Below, in pieces: positions 18,101-27,391 of a DNA stretch of 52,384 bases. The stretch comes from a virus (Duplodnaviria; Caudoviricetes), in the IMG/VR virus record IMGVR_UViG_3300043410_000251, positions 1-52,384 of that record, one strand, 5' to 3'. Position 1 is the stretch's first letter, and the number at the start of each line of letters is the position of its first letter. A model generated the notes under the pieces. That model searched no databases and was not told the origin of the DNA. It saw only the letters and a list, made by a program, of their open reading frames with translations. A program made the position numbers and the translations under genes.

Positions 18101-20968
18101 GCCAAGCACTGTGCGGATTGCTTCCACAAACTTAGACATCACACTACGGCGTCCCTTGTAGGGGATAGACTCAAGCACTTCTTGCATGAAGTTACTTGTC
18201 ATGCCGTGAGCAAGCATCTCATGTGGCTGGTTATACCGAGTACCTCTTGCGCCTTGGTTACCCAACGCATTAGAACCTGACAAAACTTTTTCTTCCGAAC
18301 GCGTCAGTGTCTCGCCACGAGCTTTTTTATCCGTCAAGTGCTTAAGAACAAATTTACTAAGCCTAGTCAGTTCAGTTACAAACTTGCCGGCATCTGTCGT
18401 AGGATTGTTCTCCCCATAGATAACCAGCGATGCAGTAACTGCATGGATCGACTCGTGTGTAGTCGTACGGTACTGGGCACCAAAGGGTTGACCTGAACCT
18501 TTACCAGCAACGCTGATATCTATGTACTTACCTCTTGGCTGCACACGACCTAGAACACCTGGATCGTAACCACCAACTTTTAAAATTTCTGCACGGCTAG
18601 TTGGAACAGTAAACTTGAATGTGTAACCAAGCTTTGTTAGTTCTTTTGCGCGGTTGTACAGTGCCTTAGCAATCTGACGGTTGGATTCAGGACCGCTCTG
18701 TGACAAGAACTTCAGCACTTGGCTAAATGTCTTACCTTTAATATCAGACTCGATATCCGCCGCCATCTCTTGACCGTGCTTAGTGAACGCGGCTTTAATT
18801 TCAGCTTCTGATTTGCCTTGTTCCCCAGCCTTGCGGTCAAGGTGGGCTTTCATGACCTTGGCAAAGTTAGTACCTGTGCTACGTCCTGCAGCGACGGATT
18901 TATTCCAAGCGGCTTGCTCTTCTGGGCTCAGTTGATCGTAGTCAGGCTGTGCAGGATCGCGGTGACGGTCCCACTCTACCGCAGGATCTAATGCAATTGG
19001 CTGCGTTCCTGTTCCTGTTGGAGGCGTTCCAGCAGGTACCCCGCCAGGTACCACTCTAGGTCCGACACCTCCTGGAGTTCCTTGGGGGGTTGCCGGAGGT
19101 TGGGGTTGACCAGGAACTCCCACATCAGGTGGAGCTTCTCCGGGTGCATTGGGGGTAGCTGCAGGTGGTTCAGCATTTCCTTCTCCTGGGAAGAGCTCTC
19201 CTTGGGGAGCAGCCATGAATGAACGATTTCTAATACCTTCTTCAATGTCTAACCCTGTTAGTCGTTGATAAGCCGCATCGAGCAATTCTTGCTGAGCGGG
19301 AGAAAGTGCTCTACCTTGACCAAGCTTATTCTGTTGATACAGCTGCTCCATTGCAGCTGCAAGGTCTAGCTCTGGATTAGCAGTGATCAAATTCTGTACA
19401 CGCTCTTCCACGATCTTTGCAGTGGACGAGTTGTTGCCGCGCATCACTTTAGAGGTGCTTGGATCTGCCTTGGCAATATCAATAACTTTGCGCAAGAACC
19501 CACCGATAGTCTCGGGTGCCGGAGCTTTTGGTGTTTGTGCAGGTGTTTGCTCAGGTTGTTGTGGCGCTTGGCCACGGAACAATTCACCTTGGCCGCCCAT
19601 AGGCAGCTCACCCTGTACTTGAGGGGGCAGTTCACCGGCAGGACGATCAGGACCAACCAATTGTTTAGGATCAGCTAATTGACCTTGAGGTACAACACCG
19701 GCCAGATCACGTTCTGGAGTACCCTCTGGTGTGAGCTTAATTGGCGAATATGGACCCACTGGCGCATTAGGATTAGCGGCAACACCGGGAGCCGCAGGGG
19801 CTGCGGGCGGCATAGGCATGCTAGGCGGCATCGCACCTTGGGGTTGTGCAGGTTGCACTACTGGAGGCTGTGCGGGAGGAGCAGGTGGTTGCGTAGGAGG
19901 CAAAAGTGTTCCGGCAGGAACGTTAGGTAAGTTACCACCGCTAATAGCACCGGCACCGCCACCAAGCAACGCACCACCAAGAGCACCAAGACCCGCTGCG
20001 GATCCAACACCCTTCATCAAATCAGTTTCAGGAATTACATCTTTGATGTTGTAATTTTTAGCAAAGGCACCGCCACCTTCTTCGATACCTTCACTCAGTG
20101 CCTCACCGGTAAGACCTTTAACAAAGCCCTGACCAGGCACTCTGCGGCCCATCAATGCACGCTCAATCGACGCCCCACCTAATTTATCGAGTCCTTTAGT
20201 TGCCGCCAAACTAACAGCCGCGGCTTCAATAGCCGCAATACGACCCTTACCTAGGGCCACACCATGAGCTTCTTCTTCGGGCATGCCTTGTGCACGCAAC
20301 TGCTTGTACAACTGCTCATAGGTATCAGAACCAACATCCGTACCTTGCATTACCGCATTACCAGCAACCGCGCCACGGACGCCGTATTTAGACAATGCTT
20401 CTTCAGTAGCATTACGCATGAGCAGCTTAGCGCCACCCTTGGTGAACATACCAAAACCATAACTTCCGATTAAGCTAGGGATCTGCTCAAAGAAGAATGA
20501 AGAAATCAGCGCAGGATCTTTGGCTGTTTCTTTGATGGATGTAATGAACTCATCAGTAAAGCCTTCGGCCTTCTGAATTTTCTCTGCACGTGCTTGTTCC
20601 TTTGCACGGAGAATGGCGCTCTTCTGTGCTTGGCCGTAGTCCTCTAACTGCTTACCATACGCACCAAGAACCGCACCTGGACCCTCTTTAAATAGTCCAG
20701 GGGTTTCGTCAGGAGAAACTTCGGATGCTTCTCTTGGTCTCTCGCCGGTAATTAGACGGCCTAATTGATCTGGAAACTGTGCAGCTTGACCTAAGCCAGA
20801 ACCTAAGCTGGCTAGGATATCTGACCCTGCTTCACCCCACGTGCGCTTTTCTTTAAGCGCAAGGTCAGGGAACTCCTCAAGAACTTTCCTGCGGACTTCC
20901 TCATCGGGGACATCATCAGGAATATCTTTGAGTAGCACCCCATTTGGAAGCCGCAGATTGTATGCCAT
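15188..20968 (-). CDS. large internal virion / ejection protein with zincin-like HExxH and C-terminal LPD38-like domain
   Basis: 1926 aa; last gene of the virion arm; THESIHAVT...HEMLAH; YKKLPDNVKDNNW...IKVPVPFEVGFFFK; Pro-rich linkers. Confidence 0.75.
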   Translation of the reverse strand: MAYNLRLPNGVLLKDIPDDVPDEEVRRKVLEEFPDLALKEKRTWGEAGSDILASLGSGLGQAAQFPDQLGRLITGERPREASEVSPDETPGLFKEGPGAVLGAYGKQLEDYGQAQKSAILRAKEQARAEKIQKAEGFTDEFITSIKETAKDPALISSFFFEQIPSLIGSYGFGMFTKGGAKLLMRNATEEALSKYGVRGAVAGNAVMQGTDVGSDTYEQLYKQLRAQGMPEEEAHGVALGKGRIAAIEAAAVSLAATKGLDKLGGASIERALMGRRVPGQGFVKGLTGEALSEGIEEGGGAFAKNYNIKDVIPETDLMKGVGSAAGLGALGGALLGGGAGAISGGNLPNVPAGTLLPPTQPPAPPAQPPVVQPAQPQGAMPPSMPMPPAAPAAPGVAANPNAPVGPYSPIKLTPEGTPERDLAGVVPQGQLADPKQLVGPDRPAGELPPQVQGELPMGGQGELFRGQAPQQPEQTPAQTPKAPAPETIGGFLRKVIDIAKADPSTSKVMRGNNSSTAKIVEERVQNLITANPELDLAAAMEQLYQQNKLGQGRALSPAQQELLDAAYQRLTGLDIEEGIRNRSFMAAPQGELFPGEGNAEPPAATPNAPGEAPPDVGVPGQPQPPATPQGTPGGVGPRVVPGGVPAGTPPTGTGTQPIALDPAVEWDRHRDPAQPDYDQLSPEEQAAWNKSVAAGRSTGTNFAKVMKAHLDRKAGEQGKSEAEIKAAFTKHGQEMAADIESDIKGKTFSQVLKFLSQSGPESNRQIAKALYNRAKELTKLGYTFKFTVPTSRAEILKVGGYDPGVLGRVQPRGKYIDISVAGKGSGQPFGAQYRTTTHESIHAVTASLVIYGENNPTTDAGKFVTELTRLSKFVLKHLTDKKARGETLTRSEEKVLSGSNALGNQGARGTRYNQPHEMLAHGMTSNFMQEVLESIPYKGRRSVMSKFVEAIRTVLGLSPRTETALSQVIYLSEQLLNTSLGPIQSSTATRGPIQATAGPVNVPAPGQPYTLPKLTKLQAPQTTAQQVKTVVGKVQKNWNDNDFWTRFRIAAVDPTSGLAQTLKSLPVFQNGQLRADMLIRSFNQVINLIKNGLQSGIPVVNNDGTIIIQQDPANLARSQLVADNLDKNAVVQGSGMTGREFVGEVARILRGKEILKIDAQRRAKAAQMLAVAKSKIQQAKQAKAANAPLNVVMKLVNEAKAIRARYREDLHVNRERQVTQAHINWAEQQMQAVPEMQEVFDIWGKTTNSLIDLWENAGLLSPAQAAYYRSMKSYVPLYAAREDLAPLKQEGYTGKAGGTKTVRELEHLSGSELQRNIWENMDKHYASMIAAAYQNQTRKVAVGQLKALGAAKIAAKPTDPDVNLRYRDPTDPNADANGYVSVILDNPNDLAAFQIMNYEMGPLLKALSATTQVLRTTALLNPMYWIKQLIRDPLHATMVANSGIVTPFHAVAEYAKILANNSAEAKFLASRGVIGQVDSTIDIHQFLKQAGTQKLNQTVLDKMLHKVMQAHEASDAATRVAIFKKARDQGLKQGMSVDEANDYGAFRARESINFSVHGNSKTLHALRHMIPFFSASITSMDTLYRAATGYGLNPEEKAEAQRLFMSRAAIMVVLSTLYAMSLQDDDEYKKLPDNVKDNNWLMPNPWGTDGKSFIKVPVPFEVGFFFKTLPEASVRYMSGTSTGKEYLHSVVDGIRHNLPGEGIIIPQGAKPILEAVTNYSFYSRRPIEGMSDQALPVASRGPNAGEAAKALSAMGLDKAGLSPAMIDHLTQAYFAELGTFTMGVASSMIAEANGKVPPTKNIEEQPFFKSFMTNPNTSSAATDFYEITHTSQEVVNQFNRLVSQGRKEEAQTYMADEENKKRYAAAPVLRNLQNQMNLIRKRVNYLKAQNDMDPDARQAQINKLMDQYDQVAKKGYLVLEKAGIER

Positions 20969-22887
20969 TATTTTTTCTTCCCAAGATCGCTCCAGACACG
21001 CTCAGTATTACCGGATTTAGCGCCGTTGTCCATACCCTCAAATGGGTCACCAAGCTTCAGACGCTTGTGCAGATCACGGTAAAGTTTAGAGCCCTTTAGG
21101 ATTCTAGCCTTCTCTGCTTCAACTTGCGCACGTGCGGCGGCGGGATCCATAGCACCTAGTTTATCTTGCCCGATTAAAGAAACCGCGTTACGTTCTGCGG
21201 CATTCTCCAAAGACACAATTTGGCTGGCGTACTTAGATTCTTCACCTTTAATACCAGCTTCTTTCCTACGAGCAATATCTTCGCTGTGCATCTTGTTGTA
21301 CAGGTCTGCACGAGTAAGCCCCAGCATACCTTGCTGGAGTGCGCGGTCATCAGCAGAAGCTTGTTTCTGTCCTGCCATATAGGCAGCGATACCTTGGCTT
21401 GCGCCCTGACCAATGTTTGCACCAGCGTAACGAGATGTGCCACCCATCATGCCAAGACCGGCCTGTAAGAGCGCCAAGTACTTGTTCTGCTCTTTATCTG
21501 CAGCCATCTGGCCTCTGCGATCTTTGAGGTACGCAGCATACTCGCCAAGATAGTCACCCATGGGGTTGGTCTCAGCTGGGGCTTCAGGAGTAGGAGCAAC
21601 AGGGGCTTCTTGATCTGCTCTAGCTTCTGCGGCAGTGCTGGCCAGTCGTTTCAACTTTTCAGTTTCTGCGGCAGCGGCTGCATTGTCAGCATCTGTAATG
21701 ATGGGTTTAGCTTTCTTTATAGCTTCTTTCTTTTTCTTCTCTTCCTGACGGCGAAGAATGTCTTCGGTGTTAGAGAAGCCCTGCCCCATAGACCAGTTTT
21801 GGATAGCTTCACCAAGTTTTAATGGAGAGCCAGTGTACTCAGGTTCATCGCCTGGAACTACGCCGCCCATTGGGTCCATGTAGACACCACCGGCAAAGCC
21901 AGGTACAACTCTACCGCCCGCAGCCATGTTACGAGAATAGTTGTAGGTCTCTTTAGGCAGCTTAGACATGTCAGCGCCAGCTGCCAACCACTTGTCAGTG
22001 TTGCCTGGACCCCAGTTGTAAGCAATAGCGGCAATCTTAGGATCACCGTACTTGTCCATCATCTTCCCAAAATATTCACGACCCACACGGGCTAAATCAT
22101 CAGGATCATTTGGACGTGCAGGGCGAATACCATAACCAGGATCACGGGCGGTAGCATCCATAACCTGCATCTCACCTTTGGCGGTGCCGTACTTGGTCTG
22201 CGGGCCTTCTAGCAAATTACCGTTCTTATCGTAGCGGCGACCACCACTTTCTTTCATCATGATCTTATTGATCAGGTCACCAGCTGGCGTGCCTTCTTTG
22301 GTCAGCTTTGATATTCCTGCATCTTCAGATGGCGTGTTTTCTTTGTAAAGCTGTGTAATACCTTCAGACTTAGTTTGCTTAGGTTCGTTACCAACTTTAG
22401 AAGAAACCTCACGCTTGGTTTCTTTAACAGCAGTCTTGGCAGCACCAATAGGCAACGCACCAATACCTTCCATCTCTTCAAACTCACGGCTACTTGCTAA
22501 ACGATTACGAAGAGCACTGAACAATTTTTGCTCATCATCGCTCATTCCAAAACCGTCATCTTCTTCCTCATCATCGTCAGCTTCACCACCTTCAGCAAAT
22601 GCAACGATACCGCCTGGTGCAAAACCTTCAGTAGGCAAACCAGTAGGAAGTGCTTCAACTCCGTTAGTCTGTGCAGCCTCGCCCAAGATCTGATGTGCAA
22701 TTGGAGGCTCTCCCTCTTGCTGCATCCCACCCATCAAAGCTTCTTGCTCTTTCTGGGCTTGCATCTTTTCTTGTATCAGGGGGACGCCAATGTAAGCAGG
22801 GACCGTGCCATCTTGCACGCCCTGCGTGAGCATGTCGATAGAGAAGCTATCGGGATCAGCAATAATTTTTTGAGCAATACCGGCCAT
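20968..22887 (-). CDS. internal virion protein with lytic transglycosylase (SLT) domain
   Basis: IMMKESGG, AKGEMQVM, AAIAYNWGPG. Confidence 0.85.
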   Translation of the reverse strand: MAGIAQKIIADPDSFSIDMLTQGVQDGTVPAYIGVPLIQEKMQAQKEQEALMGGMQQEGEPPIAHQILGEAAQTNGVEALPTGLPTEGFAPGGIVAFAEGGEADDDEEEDDGFGMSDDEQKLFSALRNRLASSREFEEMEGIGALPIGAAKTAVKETKREVSSKVGNEPKQTKSEGITQLYKENTPSEDAGISKLTKEGTPAGDLINKIMMKESGGRRYDKNGNLLEGPQTKYGTAKGEMQVMDATARDPGYGIRPARPNDPDDLARVGREYFGKMMDKYGDPKIAAIAYNWGPGNTDKWLAAGADMSKLPKETYNYSRNMAAGGRVVPGFAGGVYMDPMGGVVPGDEPEYTGSPLKLGEAIQNWSMGQGFSNTEDILRRQEEKKKKEAIKKAKPIITDADNAAAAAETEKLKRLASTAAEARADQEAPVAPTPEAPAETNPMGDYLGEYAAYLKDRRGQMAADKEQNKYLALLQAGLGMMGGTSRYAGANIGQGASQGIAAYMAGQKQASADDRALQQGMLGLTRADLYNKMHSEDIARRKEAGIKGEESKYASQIVSLENAAERNAVSLIGQDKLGAMDPAAARAQVEAEKARILKGSKLYRDLHKRLKLGDPFEGMDNGAKSGNTERVWSDLGKKK

Positions 22888-24131
22888 TATTTCCCCGCAT
22901 TCAAAGCGTTGCGCAATCCAAGAGTATCAATACCTTGGCCCTTTGGCTCTTTAATAGTGCCGCCCTTTTTCTTCATCAGACCATAAGCGCCAGCAGCCGC
23001 TGTACCGAGACCGGCAATCTGTGAAGTCATGCTAGGTGCAGCCTGATACTGAGTAGTAGTCATGCCAGGCACAGCGTAACCACGCAACAAAGCGTTGTAC
23101 TGGTTGTAAGCCTGCATTGGGGCTTGTTGTTGGTTGGCGTAGTTCTGGATAGCCTGATTGATGATCTGCTGTTCCTGAGCCTGTTGCTGGCCACCAACTT
23201 GTTGTTGCAGACCCAAAATACCCTGCTGTGCAGCCAACTGCTGATTGCCAATATTCGCTAAACCCGCACCTGCTTGGCCAGCCATGCCGTAGCCTTGTTG
23301 CGCTGTATTCAGACCTTGAAGACCAAGATTTGCGCCGTACTGCATATTCTGCAGGGCACCTTGATATGCGGCTTGTTGGCCTTGCAACTGGTTGTTGTTC
23401 ATCAAAGACTGCAATGAACGATTAGCTTCAGCGTTTTCAATCGCTTGACGGCTTCCACCAAAAGCACCGGCTTTTGTGGCCTGAGCATTACGCTGGGTTC
23501 TAGCAACATCTGCTTGACGTTGAGCAGCTTGATTCTGGATGTCCACCACATTCTGCATGTAAGGTGACATGAAAGAACCTACGGCGTTACTCGCATCGTA
23601 TGTGCCAGTCTTAGGATTAAACACATTACTTGTTGCGCTAAGGTAATCGCCACCCATACCCTGTGCTTGCTGTGCAGTGCCGAGGGCACCCATACCGCCC
23701 ATACCAGTCAGACCAGTAGCTTGGTTGTATTGGCCAGGCATTTGCAGATTAGCGGCGTTGTACTGAACCTGTTGTTGCAAGGGGCTGAAACCCGCTACGT
23801 AGTCCTGTGGGTTTGTGCTGTAAGGCTTGAAGGTGTCGGCTTTAACACCAGTAACATTCTTTACTGGTTGACCGGCCTCGTTCAACATGGGCTTACCAGT
23901 TTCTGGATCGATGGCAGCCTTTGTATTAAACATTTCCTCCATTGCACCGCCAAGCACGGTCTCTACTTGGGGACGTAACCAATCAGGAATGTTTGATGTG
24001 TTGGTTGTTGAAGATGTTGGGCCACCGCCACCGCCACCATAAATGCGACCATGACCACCAGGCTTAATGCTGGTTGCGCTATCGCCAAGGGGCTCACCCA
24101 TGGCATAAAGTTCTCGGCGGGAATAGCTCAT
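22887..24131 (-). CDS. putative DNA ejection / internal virion protein
   Basis: Gln/Ala/Gly-rich; FMSPYMQNVVD and AGAFGGSRQAI motifs; position among internal virion genes. Confidence 0.65.
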   Translation of the reverse strand: MSYSRRELYAMGEPLGDSATSIKPGGHGRIYGGGGGGPTSSTTNTSNIPDWLRPQVETVLGGAMEEMFNTKAAIDPETGKPMLNEAGQPVKNVTGVKADTFKPYSTNPQDYVAGFSPLQQQVQYNAANLQMPGQYNQATGLTGMGGMGALGTAQQAQGMGGDYLSATSNVFNPKTGTYDASNAVGSFMSPYMQNVVDIQNQAAQRQADVARTQRNAQATKAGAFGGSRQAIENAEANRSLQSLMNNNQLQGQQAAYQGALQNMQYGANLGLQGLNTAQQGYGMAGQAGAGLANIGNQQLAAQQGILGLQQQVGGQQQAQEQQIINQAIQNYANQQQAPMQAYNQYNALLRGYAVPGMTTTQYQAAPSMTSQIAGLGTAAAGAYGLMKKKGGTIKEPKGQGIDTLGLRNALNAGK

Positions 24132-24559
24132 ATTAGTACCTCAACAAGGGTATTTCTGGGTTCAAAGTCGTAACGCTTCCAGAGGCGGACAATTGAATCG
24201 CGTCCGTACCCCTGTATTTTCGTCGCACCACGCAGTTTTAACAAGGTTTTAAACTGCTCAAAAGTCTCTTGGCTTGAAATAAGTTTACCGCCAATCGCTG
24301 TCACAAACGCCACCCTGTGCAAGGGGTAGTTGATAAACGAGATTGTCGTGGCACCATGCACATTGCCTTCCTCATCAGCGGCCACAACAAGCAGCCAAGC
24401 ACCGCTAGTCAGAAAGCTTTGGATGTGATCAACTGTGTAGTTATGTGCCCAGTCTGGGAAGTCGCCACCTTTTGTCATGGCTTCTTCCAAGAAAGTCTTT
24501 ACCATAGGCCAGACTTGCTGGACATAGTTGGTATCGACATGGCGGATGGATAAACTCAT
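24128..24559 (-). CDS. hypothetical protein, possibly GNAT-like fold
   Basis: AFVTAIGG, GATKIQGYGR..IVRLWKRYDF; sits among ejection protein genes. Confidence 0.5.
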   Translation of the reverse strand: MSLSIRHVDTNYVQQVWPMVKTFLEEAMTKGGDFPDWAHNYTVDHIQSFLTSGAWLLVVAADEEGNVHGATTISFINYPLHRVAFVTAIGGKLISSQETFEQFKTLLKLRGATKIQGYGRDSIVRLWKRYDFEPRNTLVEVLI

Positions 24560-26355
24560 TTAGGCAGTTTCTTAATCAATTCTGAAATACCACCACCGAA
24601 AGTTCGCGCAGTTGGTGCTTCTTTGTTGAACTGACTAAATGGTGTATTCAGACCAGTAGTACGGCCATAGCGGGCGTTTTCTAAGTCAGCCGCAGTCAGG
24701 CCAACTTTACGCATTTCCGCCAATACTGCGTTCATATCTGCGCCACCGGGCTGCGCCATCTGCTTATCAGCAAGGTCACGTAAGCTCTGGTTAAGTGCAC
24801 CAATACCTTGATGTGTAAGGGCGTAGTTATACCCAGCCGAAGTTGGCAAATCACGACCATAGTTGCTTACATTAAACATCGTCAATGGATCGGCATAGTT
24901 TTGATACTGTGCTTTATAACGTCCAGCAGATGGCACGGGTGTAGTTGGTGTAACAGGTGGTACATAAGGCGCTACATATGGCGCTCTGTACGGAGCTACA
25001 TAAGGTCCAACGTAAGGTGGCACGTAAGGTGGCACGTAAGGTGGCACATAAGGATCTACATAAGGATCTACATAAGGATCTACATAAGGATCTACATAAG
25101 GATCTACATAAGGATCAACGGGAGACTTGTTATGGCTTAACAATCCTTCGCAGATATATGTATGAGCATCATCAATTGTGATACTTACAACATCACCTGA
25201 TTCGGTTTGCTCAACGCCACGAACAATCTGACCACTAATCATATCGCCAAGGCGTATGTCCTTTGCAGCAACCCAATCTCCGACTGATCTAAAGAATTTG
25301 TGCGACAGACTGCAAACAAACTCAACATTATCAAATTTAATTTTGATGCGTTCGGAACCAGAAATAATAGATACTTGTGTAACTGCATGATTACCCCAAG
25401 CTAAAGTGGTTTCGTGTTGCGTTCTAACAATATCTCCAACTTGCAATTCACCTGCAGGTTTAAGAGTGCCATCCGCCAGCAAAATACGCATGTTGGGCGC
25501 AGGGCAAGTATCTGGTGGAACAAATGGTTCTACGTAAGGATCTACATACGGATCTACAAAAGGCGCAACGTAGGGATCTACAAATGGATCTACAAATGGA
25601 TCTACAAATGGATCTACAAATGGCTCCACAAATGGTTCTATGTAGGGTTCAACATAAGGAAGCTGTATGAAAGGAGCTACATAGGGATCTTTAGGAGCTG
25701 TACCAGGAATTATGAGTTCCCCTGCATCAGGTATTTGATCAATAGGTGGACCAAAAGGTGCGACATATGGGTCGACATATGGATCTACGGGTCCAACAAA
25801 TGGATCTACAGGCCCGACATATGGATCGCCGCCAAATGGACCAGGTGTAAATGGATCCCCACCAAATGGATCTATAGGTCCAACGAATGGATCTACAGGA
25901 CCATCATACGGATCATTAATAGGCAACGGATCCCAGTTATGGGGTGTGAAATCATCAGGGCTAGTAAAAGGCGTATTCAGAATATCCCAAACACCACCAG
26001 AAGGTAGAGGTGTTGCAGCGGGGCCGTAATCTAAATCACCGGCAGCAGGAGTGTATACGGGCGGTTGCATACCGGTGAAATCCATTGTAGGATTACCGGT
26101 GATTGGGTTAATACCAGATCTAGCACCACCATCACCGCCGCTACCAGCACCGCCGTAGTCAAACCCACCAGCGTCATACCAGTCATTTGCACCTAAATCG
26201 GAATTATTAATTGTTCCTAAAGTAGAATCCCCGCCAATATCAAAACGGCGAACACCACCAGAGATGCGACCACCAGTGCCGTACTTAACTACAGGCTCAC
26301 TTGAATTTCCGGCTTCTTGCAAAGCCTCATTAAACGCTACACCGCCACCAGCCAT
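24556..26355 (-). CDS. Pro/Tyr-repeat protein containing a Hint (intein-like) domain
   Basis: CPAPNMRILLADG...ELQVGDIV...CSLSHKF...AKDIRLGDMI...VVSITIDDAHTYICEGLLSHN, flanked by DPFV/DPYV/PPYV repeats. Confidence 0.85.
   Translation of the reverse strand: MAGGGVAFNEALQEAGNSSEPVVKYGTGGRISGGVRRFDIGGDSTLGTINNSDLGANDWYDAGGFDYGGAGSGGDGGARSGINPITGNPTMDFTGMQPPVYTPAAGDLDYGPAATPLPSGGVWDILNTPFTSPDDFTPHNWDPLPINDPYDGPVDPFVGPIDPFGGDPFTPGPFGGDPYVGPVDPFVGPVDPYVDPYVAPFGPPIDQIPDAGELIIPGTAPKDPYVAPFIQLPYVEPYIEPFVEPFVDPFVDPFVDPFVDPYVAPFVDPYVDPYVEPFVPPDTCPAPNMRILLADGTLKPAGELQVGDIVRTQHETTLAWGNHAVTQVSIISGSERIKIKFDNVEFVCSLSHKFFRSVGDWVAAKDIRLGDMISGQIVRGVEQTESGDVVSITIDDAHTYICEGLLSHNKSPVDPYVDPYVDPYVDPYVDPYVDPYVPPYVPPYVPPYVGPYVAPYRAPYVAPYVPPVTPTTPVPSAGRYKAQYQNYADPLTMFNVSNYGRDLPTSAGYNYALTHQGIGALNQSLRDLADKQMAQPGGADMNAVLAEMRKVGLTAADLENARYGRTTGLNTPFSQFNKEAPTARTFGGGISELIKKLPK
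25010..25116. repeat. 12-bp tandem repeats: ACGTAAGGTGGC x3 then ACATAAGGATCT x~6 (encode PPYV and DPYV)
   Basis: Seen directly in the sequence. Confidence 0.95.
25129..25506 (-). other. Hint autoprocessing domain (126 aa, Cys...His-Asn followed by Lys)
   Basis: Intein-like blocks A, B, F and G; too short for a homing endonuclease. Confidence 0.82.
25520..25910. repeat. degenerate coding repeats (mostly 12-bp units), including GGATCTACAAAT x4 at 25574-25621 (DPFV)
   Basis: Seen directly in the sequence. Confidence 0.85.
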
Positions 26356-26365
26356 ATTGTTCTCC

Positions 26366-27358
26366 TTATGCAGGTAAATACTTACGTGCGTTTATCTGTT
26401 TACCTTGTTTTGGATTACCAGTACGGGCTTTGCGTACCTTGTTCATCATGCTGTAGAGCTGTTTAGCACCTGCATCGGTTGAGCCATTACCTAGATGTGA
26501 AACCACATCAGCGGGTACAACAAACTCGCCATCAGCCAAACGGGCTGGCTGCTTATTACCAATACTTGCAGGGATGCTATCAGACATTCCATCGCCGGGG
26601 CCTTTGAGCATGCGACCACCATCAGAGTAGCCACCCAAACTTGCAATACCGCCAGTGTCGCCACCACTTGCAAAGCTATAAGGGCGGTATGCACTTGGGT
26701 CAAATCTATACTGACTTAACGCACCAGTGTATGGCTTTTTCTTAGGTATACCACCACGCAATTGATCTGAGATCATGCCAAGACCAGCAATACCAGCACC
26801 GCCGGCAAGTAGTTGTTGCTTGGGGGTTAGGTTACCAAACCATTCTTTAGCACCGCTCATGATGCCTTTATTGGCCGGAGCTTGTGAGGCGTTAACCGAC
26901 ATTTGTTGCTGAGCTAAACCAGTAGGATCTGCCATGGTTGCAGCGGGGCTACCGGCAGGTACGGGGCTACCGAAAGAATCAAAAGACTGTCCAAGAGGGG
27001 CTTCACCAAACGCGCCGTATTGTGTAGCTGTAGGAGTAAAAGATTCAAACCCGGGAGTTACTGTAGCCGCCGGCGTGGCTGCCGCAGTCGTAGCAGCAGG
27101 TGCAGTATTGGCGGCTGTTGTAGTTGCTTCAGCAGCACCAGGCATAAGGCCACTAATACCAGAGGCCGCACCACCCATCAAACCACCAAGCAACGCGCCT
27201 TGCAGTGGGTCTTTACCTTGGACAAGAGATGTTCCACCACCGACAGCAGCGCCGGTCATCATGGCTTCTAAAAGAGCTGCCTCACCAACACCCCCGCCAA
27301 TGTAGAGATTACGTGTGCCATCTTTACGATAGCCGTTGAATTTATTTGGGATAAGCAT
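26366..27358 (-). CDS. internal virion protein with GPGDGMSDSIPA...LADGEFV domain
   Basis: Conserved phage motif GPGDG.SDSIPA..ARLADGEFVVPADVV; Gly/Ala-rich hydrophobic N-terminal segments. Confidence 0.7.
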   Translation of the reverse strand: MLIPNKFNGYRKDGTRNLYIGGGVGEAALLEAMMTGAAVGGGTSLVQGKDPLQGALLGGLMGGAASGISGLMPGAAEATTTAANTAPAATTAAATPAATVTPGFESFTPTATQYGAFGEAPLGQSFDSFGSPVPAGSPAATMADPTGLAQQQMSVNASQAPANKGIMSGAKEWFGNLTPKQQLLAGGAGIAGLGMISDQLRGGIPKKKPYTGALSQYRFDPSAYRPYSFASGGDTGGIASLGGYSDGGRMLKGPGDGMSDSIPASIGNKQPARLADGEFVVPADVVSHLGNGSTDAGAKQLYSMMNKVRKARTGNPKQGKQINARKYLPA

Positions 27359-27391
27359 GGGTAAAGTGCTCCTAGAATTGGGGGGATATTA

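Noticed and set aside
25010-25116. Tandem repeats as a CRISPR array
   Set aside because: 12-bp head-to-tail units with no spacers; they encode in-frame tetrapeptides
25129-25506. Canonical mobile intein
   Set aside because: The +1 residue is Lys, there is no homing endonuclease, and the host is a low-complexity protein rather than a conserved enzyme site
24808-26007. Plus-strand ORFs with IRIY, HKDL and IYKW repeats
   Set aside because: Antisense shadows of the DPYV/DPFV coding repeats
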